64,000 nt of DNA from a virus. The translations under genes and the position numbers were made by a program. This document shows, piece by piece, positions 29,837 to 40,627 of the stretch; position 1 is the stretch's first letter, and each line of letters opens with the position of its first letter. The notes beneath the pieces are model-generated. The model was not told the DNA's origin. It ran no database searches and saw only the letters and a list, made by a program, of their open reading frames with translations. Location of the stretch: positions 63,032-127,031 of IMG/VR virus record IMGVR_UViG_3300008952_001422; one strand, written 5' to 3'.

Positions 29837-31012
29837 TTATTTCTCCTTATTAAATGATGTATCACCTGGATAAATTGGTATCATTGCACCAGGTTTACGT
29901 TTTGGTATTTTACTGTCTGCACTACTGACACAACTGTCACTAATACAAACTTTAGGGGCATCAAATAACTTGAACCCACTCTCTACATACCCAAGTGGCT
30001 TATCCGCACAACTGTACGAACGTTTTATTGAACCATCTGGCTCCCTAATAATGATACCTTTGAACCCACTAGTACATTCCCATCCCTTAAACTTATTAAA
30101 GTTAAAGGCATTAAAACGTTCTGCTTGGTCCATGTACCATTTCTTTCCTTTACTATCTTGAAATTCTACTTGCATAATTGGTGGAACAGACTTGTCATCT
30201 CCGTTATCTATATCCATTTTCCACATACCTACTTTAGGTTTTGGTCTCGTAACTTTTATGCCAGTTTCTTTCTGTAATTCTGTAGTGTAGTCACGTTGCG
30301 GCATGCCATTACGCATTGTTTCTAATTGTTTATCAGTGTACCCAGACACAACAAACGAAGCAGTTGGGTCACTCTGAGGTTTTAGTGTAACATTTATCCC
30401 ACGGTTATGAAAGTACATTGCATTATCCCAATCTCTATCAAACCAGTCAGGTACTAAAACCATATTGATTGTTACTTGTACATCATGTTCCATACAGAAC
30501 AATAACTTGTCTGCAAAGACTACCTTCTCTGCGTATTCAGTATGAAATGATGCAGTAATACTTGCTCTATGCATCTTAGCAACAGTATCACAATATGTCT
30601 GATGCCATTTCATATTACGTGACATATTAGTTGTCATATGTACTGATGTATAATTTGTATTCTCTACATCATTTGCTATGTGATTGAGTATGTCCAGATA
30701 TCCAGGATGGAATGTTGGTTCACCACCCGACAAACTGAAATGAAATGAATTGAAACCATTGCCTCTTGCTTGTCTTTTAATCTCGTCAATTGTTGCTAGA
30801 CATAGTTCAGTCGGTCTATGGTCTTTTCTATCACTTCTAGCATACGGCCAACAATAAGAACACTTATAGTTACAGAATCTTCCCAGTAACCAACTTACTG
30901 AAAACAAATCTCTATATAATAGTGTTCGTTGTCCTACACTAACAAGGTCATCATATGGTATCTTAGTGAAATCATATTGTGACCAATATAATTCATCTTT
31001 TTCTTTATTCAT
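29837..31012 (-). CDS. radical SAM protein with C-terminal Cys cluster
   Basis: CNYKCSYC, SGGEPT, C-terminal C...C...C...C. Confidence 0.9.
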   Translation of the reverse strand: MNKEKDELYWSQYDFTKIPYDDLVSVGQRTLLYRDLFSVSWLLGRFCNYKCSYCWPYARSDRKDHRPTELCLATIDEIKRQARGNGFNSFHFSLSGGEPTFHPGYLDILNHIANDVENTNYTSVHMTTNMSRNMKWHQTYCDTVAKMHRASITASFHTEYAEKVVFADKLLFCMEHDVQVTINMVLVPDWFDRDWDNAMYFHNRGINVTLKPQSDPTASFVVSGYTDKQLETMRNGMPQRDYTTELQKETGIKVTRPKPKVGMWKMDIDNGDDKSVPPIMQVEFQDSKGKKWYMDQAERFNAFNFNKFKGWECTSGFKGIIIREPDGSIKRSYSCADKPLGYVESGFKLFDAPKVCISDSCVSSADSKIPKRKPGAMIPIYPGDTSFNKEK

Positions 31013-31389
31013 TTACGACTCATTCCACATGGCTCATTAAACGTAACATTAAAGAATCGTTGTTTCGTTTCATATGCCTGTTCAATTCTCTTATAATCTA
31101 TTCCAACTGCACTTAAAATGTGGCGCATATCTTCTCTGTCTTCATCATTCATTTGCTCTCGTACTTGGTCTTTTACATCTTGTGAAATCATATCATAGAT
31201 ACTACCATAACACCATTCACAAAATGTAACTGGTATTACACCAAAGTATCCTTGCATTCCACCACGGTCTTCGTCATATTCACTATTACAAACACTACAC
31301 GTTGATGGTGGTGTAAATGTTAAAGTATCATTGTCCTGTATAGTCTTTACATTCGTCTTTTTCATTTGCTCTCCTGTTACGTTCAACAA
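31009..31389 (-). CDS. Zn-finger-like hypothetical protein
   Basis: CSVC...CEWC. Confidence 0.5.
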   Translation of the reverse strand: MLNVTGEQMKKTNVKTIQDNDTLTFTPPSTCSVCNSEYDEDRGGMQGYFGVIPVTFCEWCYGSIYDMISQDVKDQVREQMNDEDREDMRHILSAVGIDYKRIEQAYETKQRFFNVTFNEPCGMSRK

Positions 31390-31497
31390 TATATCTATAC
31401 CATTTCATTAACCAAAGCACTCTTTGAGGATAGTGGTCAGGATTAGGTATATTTTCTTCTCCAAAATAATCAATAAATCCTTGTATTTCTTCGTCAC

Positions 31498-31815
31498 TCA
31501 TAGTGGTTTATCTCTTTCTTCTTTTGCACAGTTTGTTTGACAAACTTCTAAGCCTGTCATATTATTTTCAATCCATTCAAAGATTGGACCTTCTATAATC
31601 TCTTCCATAGAATAATGATGTATATTATGATACTTCTTATCTATGCCTGATTCATTCCATAACCCAGTCATTCTTCTTGCAATGCCAAACCAACAACAAG
31701 GTAATACATATCCCTTTGATGTGATGTAAAGATTTCCCATTGTCTTATGGAATGTTCCTTTGCCATTTCCAATCGTTGCTTTACATTTAGGTTCTATTTC
31801 AAAAGTCTTGGTCAT
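31498..31815 (-). CDS. stand-alone SPASM/Twitch Fe-S domain
   Basis: PKC...YITSKGYVLPCCW...C.TNC; no CxxxCxxC. Confidence 0.7.
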   Translation of the reverse strand: MTKTFEIEPKCKATIGNGKGTFHKTMGNLYITSKGYVLPCCWFGIARRMTGLWNESGIDKKYHNIHHYSMEEIIEGPIFEWIENNMTGLEVCQTNCAKEERDKPL

Positions 31816-32522
31816 GCAGTTACTCCTTCATAACCTGCCGGCAAAACGATTTCATCTATTTCATTCTCAGGATTAGTATTTCTAAAAGACTTGATAACTA
31901 CAAATCTTTCAAATTTCTCTGCTTCTGATAACTTTTTAATGTCTGCTATCTGATGCTGATTCCATTTGAATACAATAAATTGCCAACCTGCCCTACCACC
32001 TGAAGAGATATATGCTCTCCAGTTCTTCTGTAAAGTTTTCCAATCAACATTCTTTCTATAGAGATGATTAGTTTCTTCATCTCCATCTATTCCAAAAACA
32101 ACGGTCAGACGATTATTCAATTCTTTAGACAGTTTCCCTAATTCACTCCAGAAACTTTCATTTCTTGACCCACCGTTAACATGAACCCAAATGTTTTTCT
32201 CTTTATTATCTAAGTAATAAAAATATTTTATAATTTCTATTACATCTGGATTTATTACAGGTTCATCAACATTACCACACAAAACTATTTCATCTAAGTG
32301 TGTCCATTTATTTGGTAAAAAAGTCTTCTTTATATCTGCTATTGATAGAAAAGTATTGTTTAGTTCAATATCATAATCTAATGTAAAATCTTTTCGTTCT
32401 TCAGATGTTTCATTCTGAAGTTCAATCATATAGTTTCTTTCACATTGTGAACAGAAAGCATTACAGTAGTTGGTTATTTCTAACTGTAACCGTCCTATAT
32501 TACCTTCTTTTGCCCAAATCAT
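31812..32522 (-). CDS. radical SAM core (no SPASM)
   Basis: EITNYCNAFCSQC, CGNVDEP, FGIDG. Confidence 0.85.
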   Translation of the reverse strand: MIWAKEGNIGRLQLEITNYCNAFCSQCERNYMIELQNETSEERKDFTLDYDIELNNTFLSIADIKKTFLPNKWTHLDEIVLCGNVDEPVINPDVIEIIKYFYYLDNKEKNIWVHVNGGSRNESFWSELGKLSKELNNRLTVVFGIDGDEETNHLYRKNVDWKTLQKNWRAYISSGGRAGWQFIVFKWNQHQIADIKKLSEAEKFERFVVIKSFRNTNPENEIDEIVLPAGYEGVTA

Positions 32523-32525
32523 CTA

Positions 32526-33329
32526 TCACTCTATGTCCAGTTCTTTCCAGTCTTTAAGAGAATCTATTGCTGAATAGTTGTATATCTCTGCTGTTGCCCA
32601 TTCTTTCTCAATACACCACCAACATCCGTTACATGGTTCTGTAAAGTAATTAGTTTCTTCAATCCAACCTTCACAAGACCTAGTTAATGAACCAAGGTCA
32701 AGAAGTTTGCCATATTTTTTATAAAAGGCCAATACTATTCTTTTGTCTGAATGAATAAATGGTAAGTATTCTGTGTGGCGGTCGCATTTAGATTCTGCTC
32801 TTTCATCAATCCACCATTGACGATTAGTCCAATCTCTACGTTCTGCACGTCTGGGCCATCTCTTTCTCCAAACTGGCTTACCAATTTCTTCAGGTGGATT
32901 AACAGTTACACCATTGAATAATGCTGTTATGTTATACTTCTTAACCATATCCCATGATAATCTAGTTCCATTATCGATATAGTCTTTTGCTGTTGTAGGT
33001 CTAATCATATGCTCACCAAATTTGACATTTGGAAATTCTTCTTTAACAAAAGCAAGTGCTTTTTTGGCATGATGATGTTGCCATGGCTTTTCTTCGTGAA
33101 TACATGACCAGATGTAGATAGTAACATCTAAATTGTTCTTATCAATGTGATATGCTAATAGCCATAACAATATTGATGAATCCATACCACCTGACATTCC
33201 AATGCCAATGTTTTTGTGAAAGCCCCATTCTTTTGATTCGAATGGCAACTTTATTTTGTATTCTTCGGGATGTACTTCTTCACAATCGTTCCCTCTTTTA
33301 TATACGATTGCTGTGTCTTCTACTATCAT
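32526..33329 (-). CDS. QueC-like PP-loop ATPase
   Basis: SGGMDS; TRSCE...CNGCWWC. Confidence 0.75.
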   Translation of the reverse strand: MIVEDTAIVYKRGNDCEEVHPEEYKIKLPFESKEWGFHKNIGIGMSGGMDSSILLWLLAYHIDKNNLDVTIYIWSCIHEEKPWQHHHAKKALAFVKEEFPNVKFGEHMIRPTTAKDYIDNGTRLSWDMVKKYNITALFNGVTVNPPEEIGKPVWRKRWPRRAERRDWTNRQWWIDERAESKCDRHTEYLPFIHSDKRIVLAFYKKYGKLLDLGSLTRSCEGWIEETNYFTEPCNGCWWCIEKEWATAEIYNYSAIDSLKDWKELDIE

Positions 33330-33330
33330 T

Positions 33331-34536
33331 TTAATATATTCCTTTTTTGGTTAGTTTTATGTTCAAATCGGAGCACCTCGTTGTGCATACTTTTAGTTTT
33401 GGATTATTTTCATCGCCATATTCATTAGAAAAACTGTCTTCTAAATCTTTAGTAAAGAAGTCATGACTTATTATATCATGAAATGAATGCGAATGCAAGT
33501 TGTTCCATCCTTCATTGTACTTTTTAGTGAATCTGAGCCAGTTTTCTCGTTCTCCAGCATCAAATTCGGTTTTATATTGATAATTTGAATTCATCCAACA
33601 GCATCTCCATACAGAACCATCATGAGATATTTGATATCTATTATTGGCTCCCCATATACACGTAATGCCTGCAGTTTCTCTTATTTTCTCTAAGTTCTGA
33701 TGTGCATCAAGTTTTGTGTCAATTGGAATATCCTTGATGACTTCTTTTGCCTTCTTTAAGTTTTCATTAACTAATTCTTCACTAATGTTCAGCAAATCTT
33801 CATCTTCTTCTTTCATCTTATCGAGTTCATTCAATTTTTCACTCAAAGCAATCTGTACTGCTTTTTGTTCAACTCTTTGAATTCTGTTTCTTTGAAATTT
33901 TTGAAATCCATGTTTTGCGGCTAGTATCTTTGCCTGTTCCTCTAGTTCGTCATTGAAATCAAAAGGAATCATTTTCCATACAGCCTGACCACCACCACTA
34001 ATAAATGCTTCTGCATTTTCTATTATTTTATCAAAGTCTGTGGAAATTCTGTACATATTCTGTGTTTTGTTATCTATGCCATCTAAGTCAAACATTACAT
34101 GATGTCTATTTGGTAGATGTTCGTTTAATATTTCACCAAGTTTTTTCCAAAAGGCTGGTGTCTTATATGAACCGTTTGTTGAAATAGTCATATCGTGTAA
34201 TCCATTAAACTCAGGACTTAATTGTCCTATCTTCTCGTCACCAAATGGCTCAACGTCACCTTTTAGTTTTGAGGCTGAATATTCTATCATTTCTAAAAAG
34301 TCTGGATGAAAAGGACTATCACCAAAACTTCCATCGTATGTCATATACTTCACTTTAGATTTCTCAGCAAGGTCATCAATAAGTTTATTGTGTACTTCTA
34401 AAGGCAAGTTCCAGTTCTTAGGTGGAGCAGATACTAAATCTGTATTTGGATTAAATACTTTATGTCTAATACAGCCAGGACATTTTGCTTGGCAGTTAGA
34501 CGTTACCTCAATCGTTATTTCCATATCTCTAATCAT
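33331..34536 (-). CDS. radical SAM protein with C-terminal SPASM/Twitch
   Basis: CQAKCPGC; C...DGSVWRCCW...CTTRC. Confidence 0.9.
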   Translation of the reverse strand: MIRDMEITIEVTSNCQAKCPGCIRHKVFNPNTDLVSAPPKNWNLPLEVHNKLIDDLAEKSKVKYMTYDGSFGDSPFHPDFLEMIEYSASKLKGDVEPFGDEKIGQLSPEFNGLHDMTISTNGSYKTPAFWKKLGEILNEHLPNRHHVMFDLDGIDNKTQNMYRISTDFDKIIENAEAFISGGGQAVWKMIPFDFNDELEEQAKILAAKHGFQKFQRNRIQRVEQKAVQIALSEKLNELDKMKEEDEDLLNISEELVNENLKKAKEVIKDIPIDTKLDAHQNLEKIRETAGITCIWGANNRYQISHDGSVWRCCWMNSNYQYKTEFDAGERENWLRFTKKYNEGWNNLHSHSFHDIISHDFFTKDLEDSFSNEYGDENNPKLKVCTTRCSDLNIKLTKKGIY

Positions 34537-35698
34537 TTATATAATTCCATACTTTTGGTGCCATTGTTTCACATGATACATTATATAGTTCATCCTGTAG
34601 TCGAACTAGTTCTTTAAATTTGTTACTATCAGTTGTTCTTTTACCTTTCAATCGTTGGGCAAATTCAGCAGTGAAATCATTCATAATTAAATCATCTAGT
34701 ATTTCATCTTTCGTTTCTTCTTCTAAATTTACAATATCCAATGCTTGTGGCCAATGAACAAATGTTGTTCTTATATTTACTTTTTTTGTTGGTATAGTTG
34801 CCTTAATGTCCAAGAAATCATTGTATATTTGGTTCATATAAAATGCATGATACGCCGTTGTAGTACACACAAATAAGAAATTGTGAACAAGTGGTGCTAC
34901 TTCCTTAATGTTATTTAGAACTGTCTGATAGTCTCCGTCTGTTCTAAAGTAGTTAAATAAGTCACCTGTTCCGTCTAATGATACTGTAACACTTACTCTT
35001 TTGAAATGAGGCCATAATGTTTTAACTGTCCAACCTTTATATTCTAGTATACTCATGTTAGTATTATAGACCAGAGATATCTTTTTCGTATCAATTCTCG
35101 GGTCATCAATCATTCTTTGTAATGTCTTATACATATCTCTTGTATAGAATGGTTCACCACCAGAAAACTCAATGTTCTCTACTGTAGGTAATACATTTTC
35201 AAATAGGTCATCCATAACTCGGTCGTCTGGAATCTCTATCTTGTTTGTAGGAAAAGAGATATGACTAAAATTGAAATCTTTTCTTAACTTTAATTCTATT
35301 GTTGGATTATCTTTACCAGTCTGTTCAAATCTAGAGTTTGATGATGTATCACAATGTCTACATTTATAGTTACAGGCACGTGTCATCTTCAGTTGTAAAT
35401 CTCTTATATGAATTGTATCTGAATCATAATCTGGCTCTGAATGAATAGTATTCTCTAGTGACCTAGTTCTATACGAAGATAATCCAGACTCTTCCTGTAT
35501 CTGACAATCAATACAACCTGCAGGCCATTCATCGTTTCTTAACTGCTGTCGAACTTTAATAAAGTCGCTGTTGTTAATCACTTGTGATGGTAGTTTATCT
35601 AAATCAGATTCTACTAAATCATTTCGTTTGAATCTAAAGCAAGGAGCATATCCACCAGACTTTAAATCTAAATGTGACCATGCATATTTACATTTCAT
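34529..35698 (-). CDS. N-terminal Twitch radical SAM protein
   Basis: N-terminal C..PC..CIDC; CNYKCRHC; GGEP; SLDG. Confidence 0.9.
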   Translation of the reverse strand: MKCKYAWSHLDLKSGGYAPCFRFKRNDLVESDLDKLPSQVINNSDFIKVRQQLRNDEWPAGCIDCQIQEESGLSSYRTRSLENTIHSEPDYDSDTIHIRDLQLKMTRACNYKCRHCDTSSNSRFEQTGKDNPTIELKLRKDFNFSHISFPTNKIEIPDDRVMDDLFENVLPTVENIEFSGGEPFYTRDMYKTLQRMIDDPRIDTKKISLVYNTNMSILEYKGWTVKTLWPHFKRVSVTVSLDGTGDLFNYFRTDGDYQTVLNNIKEVAPLVHNFLFVCTTTAYHAFYMNQIYNDFLDIKATIPTKKVNIRTTFVHWPQALDIVNLEEETKDEILDDLIMNDFTAEFAQRLKGKRTTDSNKFKELVRLQDELYNVSCETMAPKVWNYIND

Positions 35699-36987
35699 TG
35701 TAGTTCTCCTGCTTCGTATCTCTGTTGTATATATTTAAGTGAGAAATCTGGGTCTTTCATCATCTTATCTACTTCAGTATATCCCTCTAATTCAGTACAT
35801 AATTTATAAAGAATATCTTTTTCTTTCATTGCTTGTACTAACTCAGGATTATAATCTTCTATATTAGAATCATAATATTCTGTATCTAATAGATGAGTTT
35901 TTCTCAAAAATAAATACCATGCATATTCTTTTTCTTCTTGTGGTACTCTATTCTTTTTTAGTATTTTAATAGCCCTATCTATTTTTACTTGTGCGGCTGG
36001 TAAACGTTCTTTGCTTTTCCATTCATCTAATATCCATTGCTCGTACCAATCAGGTGCTAAGTGTGGACAATACTCGCCAGACTCTACCATCTTAAAAGAC
36101 ACAGACCAACTTGGATGGTTCTTAGCATAGTAATCCATATCATCTGCAAATCCATTTAGATTTAATGTACTGTATGTCGAATGTATATGTCCCTTTTCTA
36201 TATTCTTTAATTGTGATAGATATTCTTCATAGATGTCTAATGATTCTTTCCAACCTGGTGAACCCCAACGTTGATATGAATTATAATCATTACATCCATC
36301 CACTGAACCAGTCAATATGATTTTTCTGAAACGATTTAGTTTCTCAATCATTACATCATCTAATCTCTTTGTAGTGTTTGTAATTATTTCTAGTAACACA
36401 TCTTCTACTTTACATTTTTCAATCAACCAATCTATCAACTTTGGAAAGTTTGGTGAGAAGAATGGTTCTCCACCTAATACTTTAATCTTTGTTAGATGTT
36501 GCCAATCTACATTCAATGATTTTAGATATTCAATTCTTTGTTTTGGTATTGTTGTAGGTTGTCTACCTCGCATTCCTTTTTCATTTAATAGAAAGTCATC
36601 TCGATAATATAACTTACTTGAAAACAAAGAGTCACACATCTTACATTGTAGATTACATAGGTTGTCTAAACTCAATTCTATAGAACGTAACTTGTCAAAG
36701 TCTTCAGTTAATTTTGCTTGTTCTAATTTAAAATGTACATTATTGGCAGCCCATCGCATTGACTCATTACCTTCAGAATAACATAGAGAACATTCTTTCG
36801 ATTTCTTTCCCTCTAACATGTTCTTTCTTAGCCATCTATACTTATCATCGAATGGCTTCATTGCATCTTCTTCTATATGGTCTTCATCATTGCCTACTGT
36901 AAATCTACAGCAAGGTCTGGCAACATTCTTCATAGAAACTGCCATATGATTCCATGCTAACATACATACTACACCGTTATCTTTCAT
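35695..36987 (-). CDS. N-terminal Twitch radical SAM protein
   Basis: PCC...CSLC; CNLQCKMC; GGEP; SVDG. Confidence 0.9.
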   Translation of the reverse strand: MKDNGVVCMLAWNHMAVSMKNVARPCCRFTVGNDEDHIEEDAMKPFDDKYRWLRKNMLEGKKSKECSLCYSEGNESMRWAANNVHFKLEQAKLTEDFDKLRSIELSLDNLCNLQCKMCDSLFSSKLYYRDDFLLNEKGMRGRQPTTIPKQRIEYLKSLNVDWQHLTKIKVLGGEPFFSPNFPKLIDWLIEKCKVEDVLLEIITNTTKRLDDVMIEKLNRFRKIILTGSVDGCNDYNSYQRWGSPGWKESLDIYEEYLSQLKNIEKGHIHSTYSTLNLNGFADDMDYYAKNHPSWSVSFKMVESGEYCPHLAPDWYEQWILDEWKSKERLPAAQVKIDRAIKILKKNRVPQEEKEYAWYLFLRKTHLLDTEYYDSNIEDYNPELVQAMKEKDILYKLCTELEGYTEVDKMMKDPDFSLKYIQQRYEAGELQ

Positions 36988-38162
36988 ATCATCATTACCT
37001 TAAATCGGTCATCTAAATCTCTAACGTTTTCACTTCTATAATTGTCATATTTATTTTGCAATGCAACAAATTCCTTTCGGGCATATTCAGTATAAGGAGT
37101 ATCTCTTAAAATTTTTATTCCATTTTCGGCAGTATTAACTTTACTTCTTGTTGCCCAGTCATCTCTAGATTTGGGTAGTTCTTTGATATAGTTTTCTAAG
37201 TATTTTATTGACTTCTGTTTCAAGTCATTGGGTATACAAGCAATTGACATTCCAGTTGGCACCCATACTTGATTAATAATTACCTCTATACCAATATCCA
37301 TAAGTTCATTCCACCATTTGTCTAGTGTTACCATATTAATAGCAGTAGCAGTACATTGAATAGTAACACCACAATTAGTTGTAGGGTCATCTGATATTTT
37401 CTTATATACTAACATGTTTTGTTTAACGGTATTCCATTTGATACTGCTTTTTCTTTGAAACTCTTGTGTTGGTCCTGATGCATCTACTGATAGAATAACC
37501 TGTAGGCCTGCACCGCTACAAAATTTCATTAAAGTTTTTATCCATTTGTCAGAGGCGTTAGTTGCATTAGTTGTTACAAGAATTGGGATATTTGAATAAG
37601 TATCAGCAACATAGTTCATAAATTTTCTTATTTTTAAATCAATTGATGGCTCGCCACCTAGAATAGATATTTCTTCACAATGAGTCAAATCTAAATCATA
37701 TGCATCTGATGTATCTAAGTGTTTTATAAAGCCTTCCTCATGTGTTTTGATATGTTTTCCAAATTGTGCCCCAGCGGCTACAATTTCTTCTTCAAGTAGT
37801 GATGAAGATTGTGGACCACACATTCTACACATCATGTTGCATTTATTACCTGCTCTATAGTCTAATCGTATTATTTTATTTAAACCAGGTGCTTCATAAT
37901 CAACATCGTTATCCCATTGTTCGTAATACTTTCTTCTAGAGTGTCCACCAATTTTCTCGTTGTGTATACATTCTATACAACCTGGGTCAGTTCTGTCACG
38001 ATACATCATCTCTTTGAATCTTTTTAAGTAATCAGATTTAATATATTCTTCATATGTCCCCCAAAATGTATCATTTTTCCACTCACAACAAGGCTGACAT
38101 CCTTGAGTGGCTTCATATGCTAATCCTAACCATGGAGCATTACAGTAAGGTTTATCACGCAT
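36984..38162 (-). CDS. N-terminal Twitch radical SAM protein
   Basis: PCC...CIEC; CNMMCRMC; GGEP. Confidence 0.9.
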   Translation of the reverse strand: MRDKPYCNAPWLGLAYEATQGCQPCCEWKNDTFWGTYEEYIKSDYLKRFKEMMYRDRTDPGCIECIHNEKIGGHSRRKYYEQWDNDVDYEAPGLNKIIRLDYRAGNKCNMMCRMCGPQSSSLLEEEIVAAGAQFGKHIKTHEEGFIKHLDTSDAYDLDLTHCEEISILGGEPSIDLKIRKFMNYVADTYSNIPILVTTNATNASDKWIKTLMKFCSGAGLQVILSVDASGPTQEFQRKSSIKWNTVKQNMLVYKKISDDPTTNCGVTIQCTATAINMVTLDKWWNELMDIGIEVIINQVWVPTGMSIACIPNDLKQKSIKYLENYIKELPKSRDDWATRSKVNTAENGIKILRDTPYTEYARKEFVALQNKYDNYRSENVRDLDDRFKVMMI

Positions 38163-39261
38163 TTAGTATCTCCTCAAATCTGTAATCTAAGTCATTTATA
38201 TTTTCATTTCTCCAGTCGTCCATTTTCTTAACTTCTCTTTTGAAACTTTCATTATACTTCTTGTCATATCTATTCATTTTAAGCAATTTAATTGCTTCTT
38301 TTGCCTCCATCTTTTGTCTGAAGATTTTGGATTCTTTTGATATCCAATCCTCTAGCCATTGTATTTGGACATCTTTATATTTGTCTGGAATTGCTTTAAG
38401 ACTATATGAGATTGGATATACAACAGCAGAAGAAGTCAGAGGTATATCTAACTCCATAAGTTCTTCCCACCATGTATCTAACATAGTGAAATTTATTGAC
38501 GATGCTGTGATTTGAATTTTTATTTGATTTTCAAACTCTTTTTTATACTTTATTATATTCTTTTTTAATTCTTTCCAATCACTTCCTTTTCGTTGAAAGT
38601 CATTAGCATCTCCAGTAGCATCAATTGATAACCAAATGGTCAGTTTCTTTAACTGCTTTAATGAATCAAACCATTTATCAGAAGCATTTGTTCCATTGGT
38701 TGTTACAAATACGTGAGTATCAAAGTCTTTAACATGGTCTATCCATCTTCTCACTTCTAAATCGATAGATGGTTCTCCACCTAATATTGAAAGTTCTTCA
38801 CATTTAGATAAATCAATGTCGTATGCATCACTCATATCTTCTACTCTGAATATTGGATTTGCATTGTTGAATTTAATTTCTTCTTCTTCACGCATAGATG
38901 AAGCCTCAGGATGACACATTCTACACATTAGATTGCACTTGTTTCCTGCTCTGAAATCAAACTTGACTAATTTGTTATCGTTTGATTTATAATTAACCTT
39001 ATGTCTTAGCATTCTTAATCTTGTTGAGTCGTTGTTTATTTTTTCGCCATCAATACATACTTTACAACCTTTACTCATATCATCTTCGTACATCATCTCT
39101 TTAAAATTCTTCAAGTAATCAGATTTTATATAATCTGTATATCTACCCTTAAATGTGGAATCATAAGTGGCATCATTATATTCACAACATGGCTTACATC
39201 CTACTGAACTTTCATATGCTAATCCTATCCATGGTGCATTGCAATATGGCTTATCACGCAT
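38155..39261 (-). CDS. N-terminal Twitch radical SAM protein
   Basis: PCC...CKVC; CNLMCRMC; GGEP. Confidence 0.9.
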   Translation of the reverse strand: MRDKPYCNAPWIGLAYESSVGCKPCCEYNDATYDSTFKGRYTDYIKSDYLKNFKEMMYEDDMSKGCKVCIDGEKINNDSTRLRMLRHKVNYKSNDNKLVKFDFRAGNKCNLMCRMCHPEASSMREEEEIKFNNANPIFRVEDMSDAYDIDLSKCEELSILGGEPSIDLEVRRWIDHVKDFDTHVFVTTNGTNASDKWFDSLKQLKKLTIWLSIDATGDANDFQRKGSDWKELKKNIIKYKKEFENQIKIQITASSINFTMLDTWWEELMELDIPLTSSAVVYPISYSLKAIPDKYKDVQIQWLEDWISKESKIFRQKMEAKEAIKLLKMNRYDKKYNESFKREVKKMDDWRNENINDLDYRFEEILNA

Positions 39262-40618
39262 CGAATAGGTCCTTATACTGAGGAACGATATCTAATATGT
39301 TTTGGTCTCTTACTTCGTCAAGTTTTTTTGTTATCTTAACAAATTCGTTTAGCCAGTCTTTAGAGTAATCTTCACTTAACATAAATCTAACAGTTGAATC
39401 TAAAACAGTACAGAAATGCTTCTTCGTTTTCTCTGGATGGTCACTAGCATTTACCCAGTCTTTGTATTCTTCATACAATGCAACTACTTCTTGCTTGTTC
39501 TTTTCTGGTAACACTTTAATGTTATAGTATTTTGGTGAGTGACACATATGTTGTGTTATTGTTGGTCGTGGACTATGATGAGGATTAAACTTATCTAATC
39601 CAGACTCTTCTAATTTCCATTTCATAAATTCTGGCATATGATATACATTCATTGGTGTAACTGTAAAGGCAAACCATGCTTTCAAGTTGATAGTTGGATT
39701 GTCATTTAACGTTTTCATATGTTTATATACTGCCGGGAACTTTGCTGGTGTTCTTTGATAATCAAAAACATTATTACATCCATCAATACTAACACCGATA
39801 CGAATTTGTTTAAACTGTTCCCATAAATGTACCAGTCTATTTGGAACCATAGTAAGATTTGTGTTATATTCTAATTGTATTTCGCCTGCGTTACCACTTG
39901 CAACTAGTTTCTCTAAACTCTCTTGGTGTTCAGCAATGATTAATGGTTCACCACCAACGATGTATAATTTCTTAGCAGTAGTACAATATTTGTCAAACTG
40001 TTCCCAGTAATGGTCAGCATTCTTAAACCAATCATATTGGTCAGTAGCCCATTTACCTTTGTTATTTTGTACTAATTCAATTCTATCATGGGTATCTTTG
40101 TAGGTAGTTCTTCCAGTTATCTTTACAAAATCATCATACCACTTATGAGAATCTGTGGGTCCGCACATTCTACATTTTAGATTACAGAAATTACCATAAC
40201 GAATATCAAAGAAGTCGATGTTCTGTTTTTCAACATCAAGTGTTCCGTCTTCTTCTGTGACTTCGTGAATTCGTTCTTCAGAAAGTCCCCAATCTTCAGT
40301 TTCATATTCTCGTCTTGACCTGATTCCATTTATTTCTTCTTGTCTGCAACGTTCACATTCTGGATGCCACTCACCTTTCATCATAGTCTTGCGAACATCT
40401 TTCAATAGCACAGCATTTCTGGCTACATTAAAATCATCACGTCCAGCATTATAAGGGGTGCCATCCTCTTTCTTCATTATGCCACGTTGAGGTGAATACG
40501 AATTCGTATTACAACATATTCTCAAATCACCATTATTTCTAAGATTGATTGAGTTCCATGGCATTGGACAAAGTGTGTTTCCTTTTGATTTTGGTACGTT
40601 ATCGAAATCTTTACTCAT
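39254..40618 (-). CDS. N-terminal Twitch radical SAM protein
   Basis: CPMPW, ICC...CERC; CNLKCRMC; GGEP; SIDG. Confidence 0.9.
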   Translation of the reverse strand: MSKDFDNVPKSKGNTLCPMPWNSINLRNNGDLRICCNTNSYSPQRGIMKKEDGTPYNAGRDDFNVARNAVLLKDVRKTMMKGEWHPECERCRQEEINGIRSRREYETEDWGLSEERIHEVTEEDGTLDVEKQNIDFFDIRYGNFCNLKCRMCGPTDSHKWYDDFVKITGRTTYKDTHDRIELVQNNKGKWATDQYDWFKNADHYWEQFDKYCTTAKKLYIVGGEPLIIAEHQESLEKLVASGNAGEIQLEYNTNLTMVPNRLVHLWEQFKQIRIGVSIDGCNNVFDYQRTPAKFPAVYKHMKTLNDNPTINLKAWFAFTVTPMNVYHMPEFMKWKLEESGLDKFNPHHSPRPTITQHMCHSPKYYNIKVLPEKNKQEVVALYEEYKDWVNASDHPEKTKKHFCTVLDSTVRFMLSEDYSKDWLNEFVKITKKLDEVRDQNILDIVPQYKDLFDA

Positions 40619-40627
40619 AATATATCC

